Shown here one piece after another: positions 37,557 to 46,716 of a DNA stretch of 64,000 bases; within the stretch, counting starts at the first letter, position 1; every line of letters starts with the position of its first letter. The stretch is from NCBI GenBank assembly GCA_001029755.1, contig CP011214.1, positions 493,767-557,766 on the forward strand, written 5' to 3'. The notes below the pieces were generated by a model that was not told where the DNA came from, searched no databases, and worked only from the letters and a program-made list of their open reading frames with translations. The position numbers and the translations under genes were made by a program. This DNA comes from Candidatus Woesebacteria bacterium GW2011_GWF1_31_35. GTDB lineage: Bacteria; Patescibacteriota; Microgenomatia; UBA8517.

Positions 37557-38173
37557 AATCTATCTTCAAAAAGTTTTTTTCAGAAATAAAAAGAATGGCA
37601 GATAATTATAGTTCATTAATTTTAATACTGATTTTAATTGTGCTTATTGCTCCTTATGCATTTCAGTTAACAAACAAGTTAAAAAATAATTATGTTTTAA
37701 ATAAAAGGTTCAAGGTAGAACTGAGGGAAAGAGAAATTGAAAAGCTTAAACAAGAAAATGTTAATAACAAAATCAATAATCTAATCCAACAATACAATAT
37801 TGAAACACTTACGAGTGGTGGGTTTGTAAAACTATTATATGAATATTTGGATGCTAAATCAGATATTGAAAGATATTACAAAGATTATAACCTGTCTTGC
37901 GCAGACTTAGCCAATGGAGTGGAATATAAATCTGACTCCACTTTTTTTAATGATATAGACTTCTCTAGATTTACACGAGATATTGCTATTGAAAATTGTC
38001 AGATAGCTAATTCAACAAAAGGTCATTATGAACAATTTATTAAAGAAAAAGGTTTGATTGAAAAACTTATTTCTGAAAACCAAAATAATACAGATCTAGA
38101 AATCAGAGATTTTATATCAAACATTTCTAGACAATTAGTATCCATAAACTTAAAATTGAGTCTATTAGATTAA
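37553..38173 (+). CDS. Membrane-anchored hypothetical protein
   Basis: N-terminal TM, coiled coil, two Cys. Confidence 0.65.
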   Translation: MKSIFKKFFSEIKRMADNYSSLILILILIVLIAPYAFQLTNKLKNNYVLNKRFKVELREREIEKLKQENVNNKINNLIQQYNIETLTSGGFVKLLYEYLDAKSDIERYYKDYNLSCADLANGVEYKSDSTFFNDIDFSRFTRDIAIENCQIANSTKGHYEQFIKEKGLIEKLISENQNNTDLEIRDFISNISRQLVSINLKLSLLD

Positions 38174-38180
38174 CGAAATT

Positions 38181-38810
38181 ATGAAAAAATATCTGTTGAT
38201 AATATTTTTAGGAGCCCTAACACTTTCTGTATTTACTTTTATTAATAGATCTAACCCAATTATTAATGTTAAAAATACAAACCAATCACCTTCTATAAAA
38301 GATAGTTCTCAAGCAGAATGCCCTTTTTTTGTAGATAAAAACTTTCCAAAAGAATACTTTTCTAATGTATTTAATGAAGTAATGGTGTCTTACCCTCCTT
38401 CTCTGATCACTTCCAATCAAGAAATAATTCCCATTAAAGAAAGATTCAATCCATTAAAAGAACCTTTTGGCGGTGAATTTTATACGATTCCTAAAGGAGC
38501 ATATCCTTGGACCGAAAGAAATTTTGATCTAGATAACGACGAGAAGAAGGAAAGGATTTTATCTGCAGATACTGCCATGAATCACACACCAAATTTGGCA
38601 GTAATTGTTAAGGATGGATACATAATTTATAAAACCAAGGGGGCAAATGTATATATAAGTGAGGTTGGTGACCATAATGGATTTTTTCTCCATGAAAATA
38701 CCGATTGGAATAGTGGAGAATATAAAACCACTAGGTATGTTCATAAGGACGAAAAATTCATTCCTGTTTGGTTTCAAACCTCTTGTGTTGTTAGACCACA
38801 AAGTGACTAA
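38181..38810 (+). CDS. Secreted hypothetical protein
   Basis: Signal/TM MKKYLLIIFLG; DLDNDEKKE Dx[DN]xD-like loop. Confidence 0.7.
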   Translation: MKKYLLIIFLGALTLSVFTFINRSNPIINVKNTNQSPSIKDSSQAECPFFVDKNFPKEYFSNVFNEVMVSYPPSLITSNQEIIPIKERFNPLKEPFGGEFYTIPKGAYPWTERNFDLDNDEKKERILSADTAMNHTPNLAVIVKDGYIIYKTKGANVYISEVGDHNGFFLHENTDWNSGEYKTTRYVHKDEKFIPVWFQTSCVVRPQSD

Positions 38811-39191
38811 CTCCTTGTGTGTATAAGGACTACACATGTTTGTGCCCATCCTCAAGCATCCCATCAAGGCTAGAGTCATTTTCTACAAGCAAAACAACTT
38901 CAATGCAATATCAATGCAATTGCCTAGGCAAGGGCAAGGCTACGCCCTGTGCAAATGTAATGACTATATTGCTAAGTAGCAGGTTTGGTAATTGAACTAT
39001 ACCTACCCTCCATATTAATATTTTGGTTCCCTGTGGGTATTGATATTATTTGATAGATGAGATATATTGATATAGTCAAGAGAGATTGGAGATAGAAAAA
39101 TATACAGAAAGATCTCCAGTTTTCTCCATTACACAAAGTAATTAATACACTAATCATTTAGCACAGCCATTGTCCCAGCTCCATTTGAGCG

Positions 39192-39254
39192 TTTGACCAA
39201 GGCACCGCATTAAGATTCAAAATTTTTAAGACGGTGTCTTTTTTGTTGGTCAAA
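39192..39254 (+). terminator. Leader hairpin/attenuator upstream of the element core genes
   Basis: GGCACCG/CGGTGTC stem followed by T6, nested in TTTGACCAA/TTGGTCAAA. Confidence 0.5.
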
Positions 39255-39261
39255 TATTTAT

Positions 39262-39444
39262 ATGATTAATGATACTAGTCAAGCTATATTAACAAGCCCA
39301 GAACCCCTTGTAGTGGCTCAAAAGTGTCCTGTGTGTAATGGTTTCGGAACTTTAAAATATGGATCTTTAATTTGTCATGGTTGTTCTGGTAAGGGTTACA
39401 TATTGATACCTAACAATATTAGTTCAAAAAAGAACAAACAATAG
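39262..39444 (+). CDS. Small zinc-finger protein (two CxxCxGxG repeats)
   Basis: CPVCNGFG and CHGCSGKG. Confidence 0.8.
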   Translation: MINDTSQAILTSPEPLVVAQKCPVCNGFGTLKYGSLICHGCSGKGYILIPNNISSKKNKQ

Positions 39445-39456
39445 AAAGTTGGAATC

Positions 39457-40011
39457 ATGACACTATACAGAATTGAAGATGTTAAAAAGAAATATCCAAA
39501 TTGGTTTTCCGCCGATTCTGAATTAACTTATGATGAACAAAAATGGATATGGGAAAATTCACTGTTACCTGAAGGCAATAACAAAGGCTTAGAACAAGTA
39601 GGTAAACAAGATAGCACAAGTATTAGTCTTATTAGAAGTGTTAGTGGTATACGGAATCTTAAAGAAAATGTAAACGAAAACCGACAGAAAAATGAAGCAA
39701 TTAAGGATCTTCAAGATTACACATACAAAACCCCCCTTAAATTCATAGCGATAAAATTAGAAACCATATTTGGCATATGGGATAAAAAGCCTTTCCACTG
39801 GATATATATAGCAGAGAACTACACTCCTAAAGCAATAAATTCTGTTTTAAGAGAGATGAGAAAACGAAAAGAAAACGGAGGTATGCCATTAGAGATACCT
39901 GGTGCCTATTTTACTAAAGTATTAACAAAGTATCACTCCAAAAGAAAATTACCCAAACGAAAAGAGATTGCATATACCAATGGAGGCATCAAACAGCAAA
40001 ATAATGAATAA
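39457..40011 (+). CDS. Hypothetical protein, possibly replication-initiator related
   Basis: IPGAYFTKVL resembles C-terminal motifs of mobile-element Rep proteins; lies in the core operon. Confidence 0.5.
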   Translation: MTLYRIEDVKKKYPNWFSADSELTYDEQKWIWENSLLPEGNNKGLEQVGKQDSTSISLIRSVSGIRNLKENVNENRQKNEAIKDLQDYTYKTPLKFIAIKLETIFGIWDKKPFHWIYIAENYTPKAINSVLREMRKRKENGGMPLEIPGAYFTKVLTKYHSKRKLPKRKEIAYTNGGIKQQNNE

Positions 40012-40177
40012 GTTAAAAGTTCTAAAACTTAATTTCTATTCGTGCGAAGGAAATGATTATAAACATGAGGTGAATAGTTTTTACTTCAATTTGTTTGACA
40101 ATATTTTAAGAGAAATACGACAAAAGTCATTGACAATAAAGTGTGATATAAATACACTAAAGTTAACTAAAGTATAG
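39968..40177 (+). CDS. Small hypothetical protein
   Basis: ORF in core operon, likely ATG near 40004. Confidence 0.45.
   Translation: MHIPMEASNSKIMNKLKVLKLNFYSCEGNDYKHEVNSFYFNLFDNILREIRQKSLTIKCDINTLKLTKV
40130..40173 (+). promoter_or_regulatory. Sigma70 promoter for xis-int with repeats
   Basis: TTGACA(40130)-17 nt-TACACT(40153); AGTGT/ACACT inverted repeat; ACTAAAGT direct repeat at 40156 and 40166. Confidence 0.7.
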
Positions 40178-40178
40178 T

Positions 40179-40355
40179 ATGAATGATGAATATCTTACAT
40201 TAGAAGAAGTTTCAAAAAAACTAAAAGTGAATAAAATCACAGTTTACAGAATGGCAAAAAGGGGAAAAATCCCTGCATTTAAATTCGGAAAAGTATGGAG
40301 AGTTGATAATAAAAAGTTAGAAAGAATGATAGAAAGAAAATTAAATGGAAAATGA
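40179..40355 (+). CDS. Excisionase-like HTH protein (HTH_17/MerR-like), not in ORF track
   Basis: MNDEYLTLEEVSKKLKVNKITVYRMAKRGKIPAFKFGKVWRVDNKKLERMIERKLNGK (58 aa), overlaps recombinase start. Confidence 0.92.
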   Translation: MNDEYLTLEEVSKKLKVNKITVYRMAKRGKIPAFKFGKVWRVDNKKLERMIERKLNGK

Positions 40356-41976
40356 CAAAAAAATTGTAGCTATATATGCGAGGGTATCAACTGGAAGGCA
40401 GGAACAGGAAGCAACTATTGAATCTCAATTGGATGAAGTTAAAAGGAAAATTATAGAAGATGGACATATATTACCTGATGAAAATATCTTTATAGATGAT
40501 GGATGGTCTGGCGAACTTATAGCTAGACCAGACCTAGACAGAATGAGGGATTTTGCTTTGACGGGAAAATTTTCTGCTTTATATGTTTATGACAGGGGAA
40601 GATTATCAAGAAGATTTACTCATCAAGAAATAGTTATTGAGGAACTGTCCGATAAAGAAATTGGTTTTATTTCTCTTCATGATATTAATGCACTGACTCC
40701 AGAAGAACATGTTTTGCAAGCAATGCAGGGTGTATTTCACGAATATGAAAGAGTAAAAATTGTTGAAAGGATGAGAAGGGGGAAATTATTTAAAGCAAGG
40801 AACGGAATAGTAATTAGTGGCGATGCTTTGTATGGTTATAAGTATGTTAAAAAGACTGATACTACTCCTACACATTGGGCAATAGATGAAAACGAGAGCG
40901 AAGTGGTTAAGAAAATGTTTAGGTGGTTTGTGATAGATAAAATAGGCATTAACGCAATTATTAACAAGCTATCTGATGAGGGAATTCCAACAAAAAAAGG
41001 TAAGAGTAAACATTGGACTAAAGGACCAGTTAGTAGAATATTGTGTTGTGATACTTACTTTACTGGAGTGGCTTACTACAATAAATCAGAGTCAATTGTA
41101 AGTAAACGAAGGTTAAAGAATGAAAAGTATTTCAAAATCAAGAAAAATAGTCGTAAACAACGACCTAAAGAGGAATGGATTCCATTTGATGTGCCGATAA
41201 TTATAGAAGATAAATCTTTTTTTGATAGATCACTTCAACTATTAAATTACAACAAAAAATTTGCCAATAAGAATAAAAAATTTGACTACATTCTTTCAGG
41301 AAAATTTTACTGTGAACACGGCTTCCCAATGGTTGGAGATGGTAAACAAGGCAGTCAAAGATATTATCGTAGCAGTGATAAAGTTCGCAGGAACGAATTA
41401 AGAACTTGTGATTGTGAGGGGGTGAATGTTTTTGTTGTTGAGGGTCTTTGGTGGAAACATATTAAGGATATAATATCTAATCCTGATTTTATAAAACTGA
41501 AAATTAAAGAATATGTTGAATCAAGAGCAGGAGTTAATACATCATTTGAACAAGACATACTTATAAATAAAACAAAGATCTCTAATTTAACTGATCAGGA
41601 GTCAAAATTTGCACAAATGTATGCTGAGAATTTGATTGATCTTGATCAATTGAGAGGATTGATTAAACAAGTAAAAGATAGGAAATTCATATTTACACGG
41701 AATCTTAAAAAACTAGAAAGAATTAAACCAGTAAAAGTAAGAATTAACGATGAAGAAATATCTCTACTTTACGATAAGGCAAGAGAGGTATTACAATCAC
41801 AAGACTTTTCGGATAAAAATTTGGTGTTACGAGATTTAGTGAGTAAAATAGTATTAAAGAAAGGAGGAGAGGTAAATACATGGATAAATATACCAATAAA
41901 TACCCAATACTTGGAACATGGGACTGAGCGTAGGGATAGTAGGTCTTCCAAATGTGGGGAAGTCCACACTTTTTAA
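40345..41976 (+). CDS. Large serine recombinase (resolvase + recombinase + zinc ribbon + coiled coil)
   Basis: AIYARVST catalytic Ser, DDGWSG..RPDL, DRGRLSR, LYGY, LSGKFYCEHG..CDC; last 59 nt overlap ychF. Confidence 0.96.
   Translation: MENDKKIVAIYARVSTGRQEQEATIESQLDEVKRKIIEDGHILPDENIFIDDGWSGELIARPDLDRMRDFALTGKFSALYVYDRGRLSRRFTHQEIVIEELSDKEIGFISLHDINALTPEEHVLQAMQGVFHEYERVKIVERMRRGKLFKARNGIVISGDALYGYKYVKKTDTTPTHWAIDENESEVVKKMFRWFVIDKIGINAIINKLSDEGIPTKKGKSKHWTKGPVSRILCCDTYFTGVAYYNKSESIVSKRRLKNEKYFKIKKNSRKQRPKEEWIPFDVPIIIEDKSFFDRSLQLLNYNKKFANKNKKFDYILSGKFYCEHGFPMVGDGKQGSQRYYRSSDKVRRNELRTCDCEGVNVFVVEGLWWKHIKDIISNPDFIKLKIKEYVESRAGVNTSFEQDILINKTKISNLTDQESKFAQMYAENLIDLDQLRGLIKQVKDRKFIFTRNLKKLERIKPVKVRINDEEISLLYDKAREVLQSQDFSDKNLVLRDLVSKIVLKKGGEVNTWINIPINTQYLEHGTERRDSRSSKCGEVHTF
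41912..41950 (+). other. attR junction inside recombinase 3' end / ychF 5' end
   Basis: Core GTAGGGA 41930-36; element supplies ATG GGA CTG AGC GTA GGG (MGLSVG). Confidence 0.85.
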
Positions 41977-42889
41977 TGCTCTTTTAAAAAAGCAACTTGC
42001 ATATGTTGCTAATTTTCCATTTGCAACGATAGAACCTAATATTGGAGTTGTTCCTGTTCCTGATGAAAGACTTACTAAATTATCTAAAATATATAATTCT
42101 CCAATTGTTCCAGCTACTGTTCAATTTGTAGATATTGCAGGACTAATTGCAGGAGCTTCTAAAGGAGAAGGACTTGGAAATAAATTTTTAAGTCACATTA
42201 GAGACGTATCCGCAATTTGTCATGTAATTCGAGTATTTACTGATCCTGACATAATAAAGCAAGGAGTAGTAAGTCCTAAAGATGATTTTGAAATAGTTAA
42301 ACTTGAATTGGATTTAGCTGATCAGCAAACTTTAGAAAATCATGAAAAGAAAAAAAATAAAGATATTGAGAGTTTACCTTTATTTTCTAAAAAACCTATT
42401 TTAATTGTTTTAAATATTGATGAAAAAGATTTAGTTAAGGCAGAAGAATTGGAAGGTGAGTATGCTACCAAACTTGGTGTTTTAAAAGATCAAGTCGTTG
42501 CAGTATCTGCAAAAGTTGAATCAGAACTATCAGAACTTTCAGAAGATGATCAAAAATCATATCTTTCCGATTTAGGTGTTAAAAACTCAGGACTTGAAAG
42601 ACTTATTCAAAAAGCATTTAAAACATTAGGATTAATTACCTTTTTAACTGCAGGTGAAAAAGAAGTTAGGGCTTGGACTATTAAAGATGGAATTACAGCT
42701 CAGGAGGCATCTGGTGTTATTCATACTGATTTTATGAATAAATTTATAAAAGCTGATATTTGTAATTTTAATGATTTTATAGAGAATAATGGATGGAAAA
42801 ACGTTAGAGAATTAGGAAAGGTAAGAAGCGAAGGAAGAGATTATATAGTTAAAGATGGAGATGTTGTTGAATTTAAAATTGGAAGTTAA
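41918..42889 (+). CDS. ychF: Redox-regulated ribosome-binding ATPase YchF
   Basis: GIVGLPNVGKSTLFN, NFPFATIEPN, DIAGL, GEGLGNKFL, EVRAWTI, DGDVVEF. Confidence 0.97.
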   Translation: MGLSVGIVGLPNVGKSTLFNALLKKQLAYVANFPFATIEPNIGVVPVPDERLTKLSKIYNSPIVPATVQFVDIAGLIAGASKGEGLGNKFLSHIRDVSAICHVIRVFTDPDIIKQGVVSPKDDFEIVKLELDLADQQTLENHEKKKNKDIESLPLFSKKPILIVLNIDEKDLVKAEELEGEYATKLGVLKDQVVAVSAKVESELSELSEDDQKSYLSDLGVKNSGLERLIQKAFKTLGLITFLTAGEKEVRAWTIKDGITAQEASGVIHTDFMNKFIKADICNFNDFIENNGWKNVRELGKVRSEGRDYIVKDGDVVEFKIGS

Positions 42890-42898
42890 CCTTTATTA

Positions 42899-43171
42899 TT
42901 AGATTTCTAATTTACGTTCAGTATTTGAAAATCCATCTCTAATAATAACTTTTATATTTTGGTTGGTAGAGTAATAGACAATCTTTTCCAAGACGTGAGG
43001 TACTGGATACAATTCTATATTATTATCTTTTTTTAGAGATGTAATAAAATCATCAATTTTGGTAAGGCATGTACCATTGTGAAATTCTTCGATGCAATTT
43101 TTTTGAAAGACACAGCTATTGGTACAAGGTAAATTTCTTAATTCAATTGTTGTAATTTTTTCCTTCCCCAT
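42899..43171 (-). CDS. Small Cys-containing hypothetical protein
   Basis: 90-aa ORF, 4 Cys, upstream TGTTAATAT on minus strand. Confidence 0.55.
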   Translation of the reverse strand: MGKEKITTIELRNLPCTNSCVFQKNCIEEFHNGTCLTKIDDFITSLKKDNNIELYPVPHVLEKIVYYSTNQNIKVIIRDGFSNTERKLEI

Positions 43172-43235
43172 GATATAAAAATGATATTAACATCTCTATT
43201 GAATAAATCAAGTTAGGCGTGTTATACTTGTGGTC

Positions 43236-43517
43236 ATGAATAATTATGAATTGACCTTGGTTTTAGAAGGTAAAACAACAGCTGCAAAAAAGAAATCTCT
43301 ATTAGAATCTTTAGAAAAGACAGTTAACCTTTTAAAAGGAAAGATTGGAAAAGTTGAAGATTGGGGAGTTAAAGAATTATTTCATAAAATAAAGAAAAAT
43401 AGCGAAGGATTGTTTTTAAATTGTGATTTAGAGCTTCCAGCCTCTGCAGTTAAACAACTGGACTTAAAGTTAAAAACAGAAGATAATATAATTCGATTTT
43501 TGATAGTTAAAAAATAA
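43236..43517 (+). CDS. rpsF: 30S ribosomal protein S6
   Basis: MNNYELTLVL, DWGVKEL..KIKK, IIRFLIV; rpsF-ssb-rpsR synteny. Confidence 0.93.
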   Translation: MNNYELTLVLEGKTTAAKKKSLLESLEKTVNLLKGKIGKVEDWGVKELFHKIKKNSEGLFLNCDLELPASAVKQLDLKLKTEDNIIRFLIVKK

Positions 43518-43518
43518 A

Positions 43519-44010
43519 ATGGCAAAAAGTTTAAACAAGGTACAATTAATAGGTAATTTAACTAAAGATCCAGAATTAAAATTTACTCCAAATGGTGCTG
43601 CAGTTTGTACAATAGGAATTGCAACAAATAGAAGTTGGACTACTGATTCAGGCGAGAAGAAAGATGAAGCAGATTTTCATAGATTAGTAGCTTGGAATAA
43701 ACTTGCCGAAATTTGTGGACAACTTCTTAAAAAGGGACGAAAGGTATATGTTGAAGGTAGGCTTCAAACTAGAAATTGGCAAGATAAAGATGGTCAAACA
43801 AAATATATGACTGAAATTGTTCTTTCTGACATGATTTTACTTGATTCAAGGAGAGATGGAGAAACTTCTACTGTAGTAACTGATGAATTTAATGTTCCTG
43901 AAAATTTAGATGAAAGCCAGGTTCCTGCTGCCGAAGAACCAACAAAATCAAAAGGGAAATCAAAAAAAGAAGAAGTAAAAAAAGAAGCTTCTGATGATAT
44001 TCCTTTTTAA
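43519..44010 (+). CDS. ssb: Single-stranded DNA-binding protein
   Basis: LNKVQLIGNL.KDPE, KGRKVYVEGRL, DDIPF tail. Confidence 0.97.
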   Translation: MAKSLNKVQLIGNLTKDPELKFTPNGAAVCTIGIATNRSWTTDSGEKKDEADFHRLVAWNKLAEICGQLLKKGRKVYVEGRLQTRNWQDKDGQTKYMTEIVLSDMILLDSRRDGETSTVVTDEFNVPENLDESQVPAAEEPTKSKGKSKKEEVKKEASDDIPF

Positions 44011-44044
44011 GATTTTTATTATTAGTGTTTAATTAGAAAATAAT

Positions 44045-44284
44045 ATGCCAGCAAAGAAAAAATTTAAAAAACAAATTAAAAAATTAAGACCAGTTTCAAC
44101 AAAATGTGTTTATTGTGAAACAAAGGCTATTCCAAGTTATAAAAATTATGATCTTTTAAGTAGATATCTTTCTGATAGAGGAAGAATATTTTCAAGGGAT
44201 AGAAGTGGAATTTGTGCTAAACATCAAAGAAAAATGGCTGATGAGATTCAAAGGGCTAGATTTTTAGGACTTCTTCCTTTCTAA
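44045..44284 (+). CDS. rpsR: 30S ribosomal protein S18
   Basis: CVYC, YK...L..YLSDRGRI, CAKHQR, ARFLGLLPF. Confidence 0.95.
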   Translation: MPAKKKFKKQIKKLRPVSTKCVYCETKAIPSYKNYDLLSRYLSDRGRIFSRDRSGICAKHQRKMADEIQRARFLGLLPF

Positions 44285-44304
44285 AATTTAAGGTACTATT
44301 ATTT

Positions 44305-45570
44305 ATGTCAAAAATTAATATGAATTTTTCATATGTCAGAAAAGTAATTTTAGGAGTTATTGCTATTGGAGTTATTTTTACTGCAGGATATATCTTAGGT
44401 TCTAATGGATTTAAATTAGAAACAGCATCTTTTCCTAAGATTAAGATTTCAAGAGAAGTTCCTCAAGATAAACGAGATGTTGACTTTTCTCTTTTCTGGA
44501 GAGTCTGGGATACTTTAAATACTTCATACTACGATAAAAGTAAAATAAGTCCACAAAAAATGGTCTATGGTGCAATTAGTGGAATGGTTGCCTCGTTAGG
44601 AGATCCTTATACAGCTTTTCTTCCCCCCGAAGAAAATAAAGTTATAGAAGAAGATTTATCAGGGTCATTTGAAGGTGTTGGGATTCAAATTGGATTTAAG
44701 GGTAAAAATTTAGCAGTTATTGCTCCACTTCCCGGATCTCCTGCCGATGAGGTAGGGGTTAAAGCAGGGGATTTAATAATTGAGATTAAAGATGAAGAAA
44801 AGAAAATTGATGTTGGAACAAACGGGATGACATTAACTGATGCAGTAAAATTAATTAGAGGTAAGGCTGGAACCAAGATTACACTGTTTCTCTTAAGAGA
44901 AGGTGTTAGCGAACCAATTAAGACGGAAATTACAAGAAAAAATATTGATGTTCCATCAATAATTCTTTCCTTTGTAGATAATAATGGAGTAGTTATTCAG
45001 AATGGAACGATTGCTCATATTAAACTTTTAAAATTTGGTGCTGATACTTTAACCGAATGGACAAAGGCAGTAAATGAAGTTGTAGGAAAAAGGGGAGTTA
45101 AATCAATTGTATTAGATTTAAGAAATAACCCAGGTGGTTATATGCAAGGAGCAGTTGATATCGCAAGTGAATTTGTAAAAACAGGTTCTGTAGTTGTTAT
45201 TGAAGATAAGGGTGGAATTAATAAACAAGAATATAAAACTAATAAAATTGGTGCACTTAATGATTATAAATTAGTAATTTTAGTTAATGGAGGAAGTGCT
45301 TCAGCTTCAGAAATTTTGGCAGGAGCTTTAAGAGAAATTAAAGGAGTAAAACTTGTTGGAGAGATAACTTTTGGTAAAGGTACAATTCAAGAGCCATTAC
45401 AACTTGAACAAGGATCTGGACTTCATATAACAATTGCTAAATGGTTAACACCAAAAGGAGTTTGGGTTAATGAAAAGGGATTTGAACCAGATGTTAAAAT
45501 AGAAGATAAAGTAGATACTCAAGTTGATGAACAACTTTTGGAAGCCATTAAAATTTTAAGCAAAAATTAA
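44305..45570 (+). CDS. Carboxyl-terminal protease, S41A
   Basis: LGDPYT, PDZ, LDLRNNPGG, SASASEI, TFGKG. Confidence 0.93.
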   Translation: MSKINMNFSYVRKVILGVIAIGVIFTAGYILGSNGFKLETASFPKIKISREVPQDKRDVDFSLFWRVWDTLNTSYYDKSKISPQKMVYGAISGMVASLGDPYTAFLPPEENKVIEEDLSGSFEGVGIQIGFKGKNLAVIAPLPGSPADEVGVKAGDLIIEIKDEEKKIDVGTNGMTLTDAVKLIRGKAGTKITLFLLREGVSEPIKTEITRKNIDVPSIILSFVDNNGVVIQNGTIAHIKLLKFGADTLTEWTKAVNEVVGKRGVKSIVLDLRNNPGGYMQGAVDIASEFVKTGSVVVIEDKGGINKQEYKTNKIGALNDYKLVILVNGGSASASEILAGALREIKGVKLVGEITFGKGTIQEPLQLEQGSGLHITIAKWLTPKGVWVNEKGFEPDVKIEDKVDTQVDEQLLEAIKILSKN

Positions 45571-45670
45571 GGAAGTATCTATATTATATAAAGAAAGAAT
45601 ATATAAAAAATAAGTCAAAGAAATCAATCAAAATTTCAACTAATCTTTCTGAATTTAGTGAGTAAGAATA

Positions 45671-46375
45671 TTAATTTACAATGGTTTTAGTAAGGGCAAT
45701 TACTTTTTCCAGGTTTCCTTCAACAATAACTTCAAGGTTTCCCCATGATTTAGCTAATCTGTGATCAGTAACTCTGTCTTGTGGGAAGTTATAAGTTCTG
45801 ATTTTTTCAGATCTCATGCCACGACCAATTACTGACCTATATCCTGCAATTGTTTTTAATTTTTCCTCTTCCTCTTTCTCCCAAAGTTTAGAACGAAGTA
45901 GAGAAAGAGCAATAACTCTATTTTGTTCTTGAAACCTCTCTTCTCTGGCTTGGACTACAATTCCTGTTGGAATATGAGTAAGTCTTACTGCTGTTGATAC
46001 TTTATTTACATTTTGTCCTCCATGCCCACCGGCTCTTGTAAACTGCCACTCCAAATCACTAGGGTTAATATTAACGTCTGTTTCGGCAACTTCAGGTAGA
46101 ACTACTACTGTTGCAGTTGAAGTGTGAATTCTACCTCTTTTTTCAGTTGAAGGAACTCTTTGAACTCTATGAACTCCTGATTCATTTTTAAGATCATCAA
46201 ACACAGAAATTCCTACGAATTTTAAGGTTAAATCATCAATTTGTAATTGTTTCCAATTTTTCTTGGTTGCGTAACGCGAGTACATTCGGAGAAGATCTTG
46301 TCCCCATATTTTTGCTTCATCTCCACCTGTGGCGCCTCTTACCTCAAGGTAACAAGTTTGATTAGTAGGATTCAT
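45671..46375 (-). CDS. prfA: Peptide chain release factor 1, N-terminally truncated
   Basis: [14 protein letters not shown] (PxT), [26 protein letters not shown]; downstream of rpmE. Confidence 0.88.
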   Translation of the reverse strand: MNPTNQTCYLEVRGATGGDEAKIWGQDLLRMYSRYATKKNWKQLQIDDLTLKFVGISVFDDLKNESGVHRVQRVPSTEKRGRIHTSTATVVVLPEVAETDVNINPSDLEWQFTRAGGHGGQNVNKVSTAVRLTHIPTGIVVQAREERFQEQNRVIALSLLRSKLWEKEEEEKLKTIAGYRSVIGRGMRSEKIRTYNFPQDRVTDHRLAKSWGNLEVIVEGNLEKVIALTKTIVN

Positions 46376-46376
46376 T

Positions 46377-46694
46377 TTACTTTACTTTTTTAGCACGAAG
46401 TACTTCTAAGTTTTCAGGTCTACTCATTTCTTCTTTAATCTTTTTCTCTTTTTTAATTCTTCTCTTTTCAGTTTTTGATACAACATTTTTAGCAACATGA
46501 GATAGCTTTGTTTTAAATGCTTCAACTCTTCCTGCAGCATCTAGGTATTTCATCTGTCCTGTGTAGAAAGGATGACAGACAGAACAAACCTCAACGTTTA
46601 TTTCAGGCAAAGTTGCGCCAACAACAAATGTATTGCCACAAGCACAAGTTACTTTTGCTTCTTTAAACCATTTTGGATGAATATTTGCTTTCAT
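46377..46694 (-). CDS. rpmE: 50S ribosomal protein L31
   Basis: [21 protein letters not shown]. Confidence 0.96.
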   Translation of the reverse strand: MKANIHPKWFKEAKVTCACGNTFVVGATLPEINVEVCSVCHPFYTGQMKYLDAAGRVEAFKTKLSHVAKNVVSKTEKRRIKKEKKIKEEMSRPENLEVLRAKKVK

Positions 46695-46716
46695 ATATTT
46701 TATCTATTACTTTTGC

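Larger units (their letters stand above)
31495..41936. mobile_element. Integrative element in the ychF 5' end, large serine recombinase-based, with nested attL-like sites
   Basis: Boundary cores GTAGGGA, displaced ychF start at left, recombinase plus Xis-like gene at right, XRE regulator, accessory cargo. Confidence 0.88.

Noticed and set aside
31495-41936. Prophage or ICE interpretation of the island
   Set aside because: No capsid, terminase, tail, relaxase or T4SS genes recognised.
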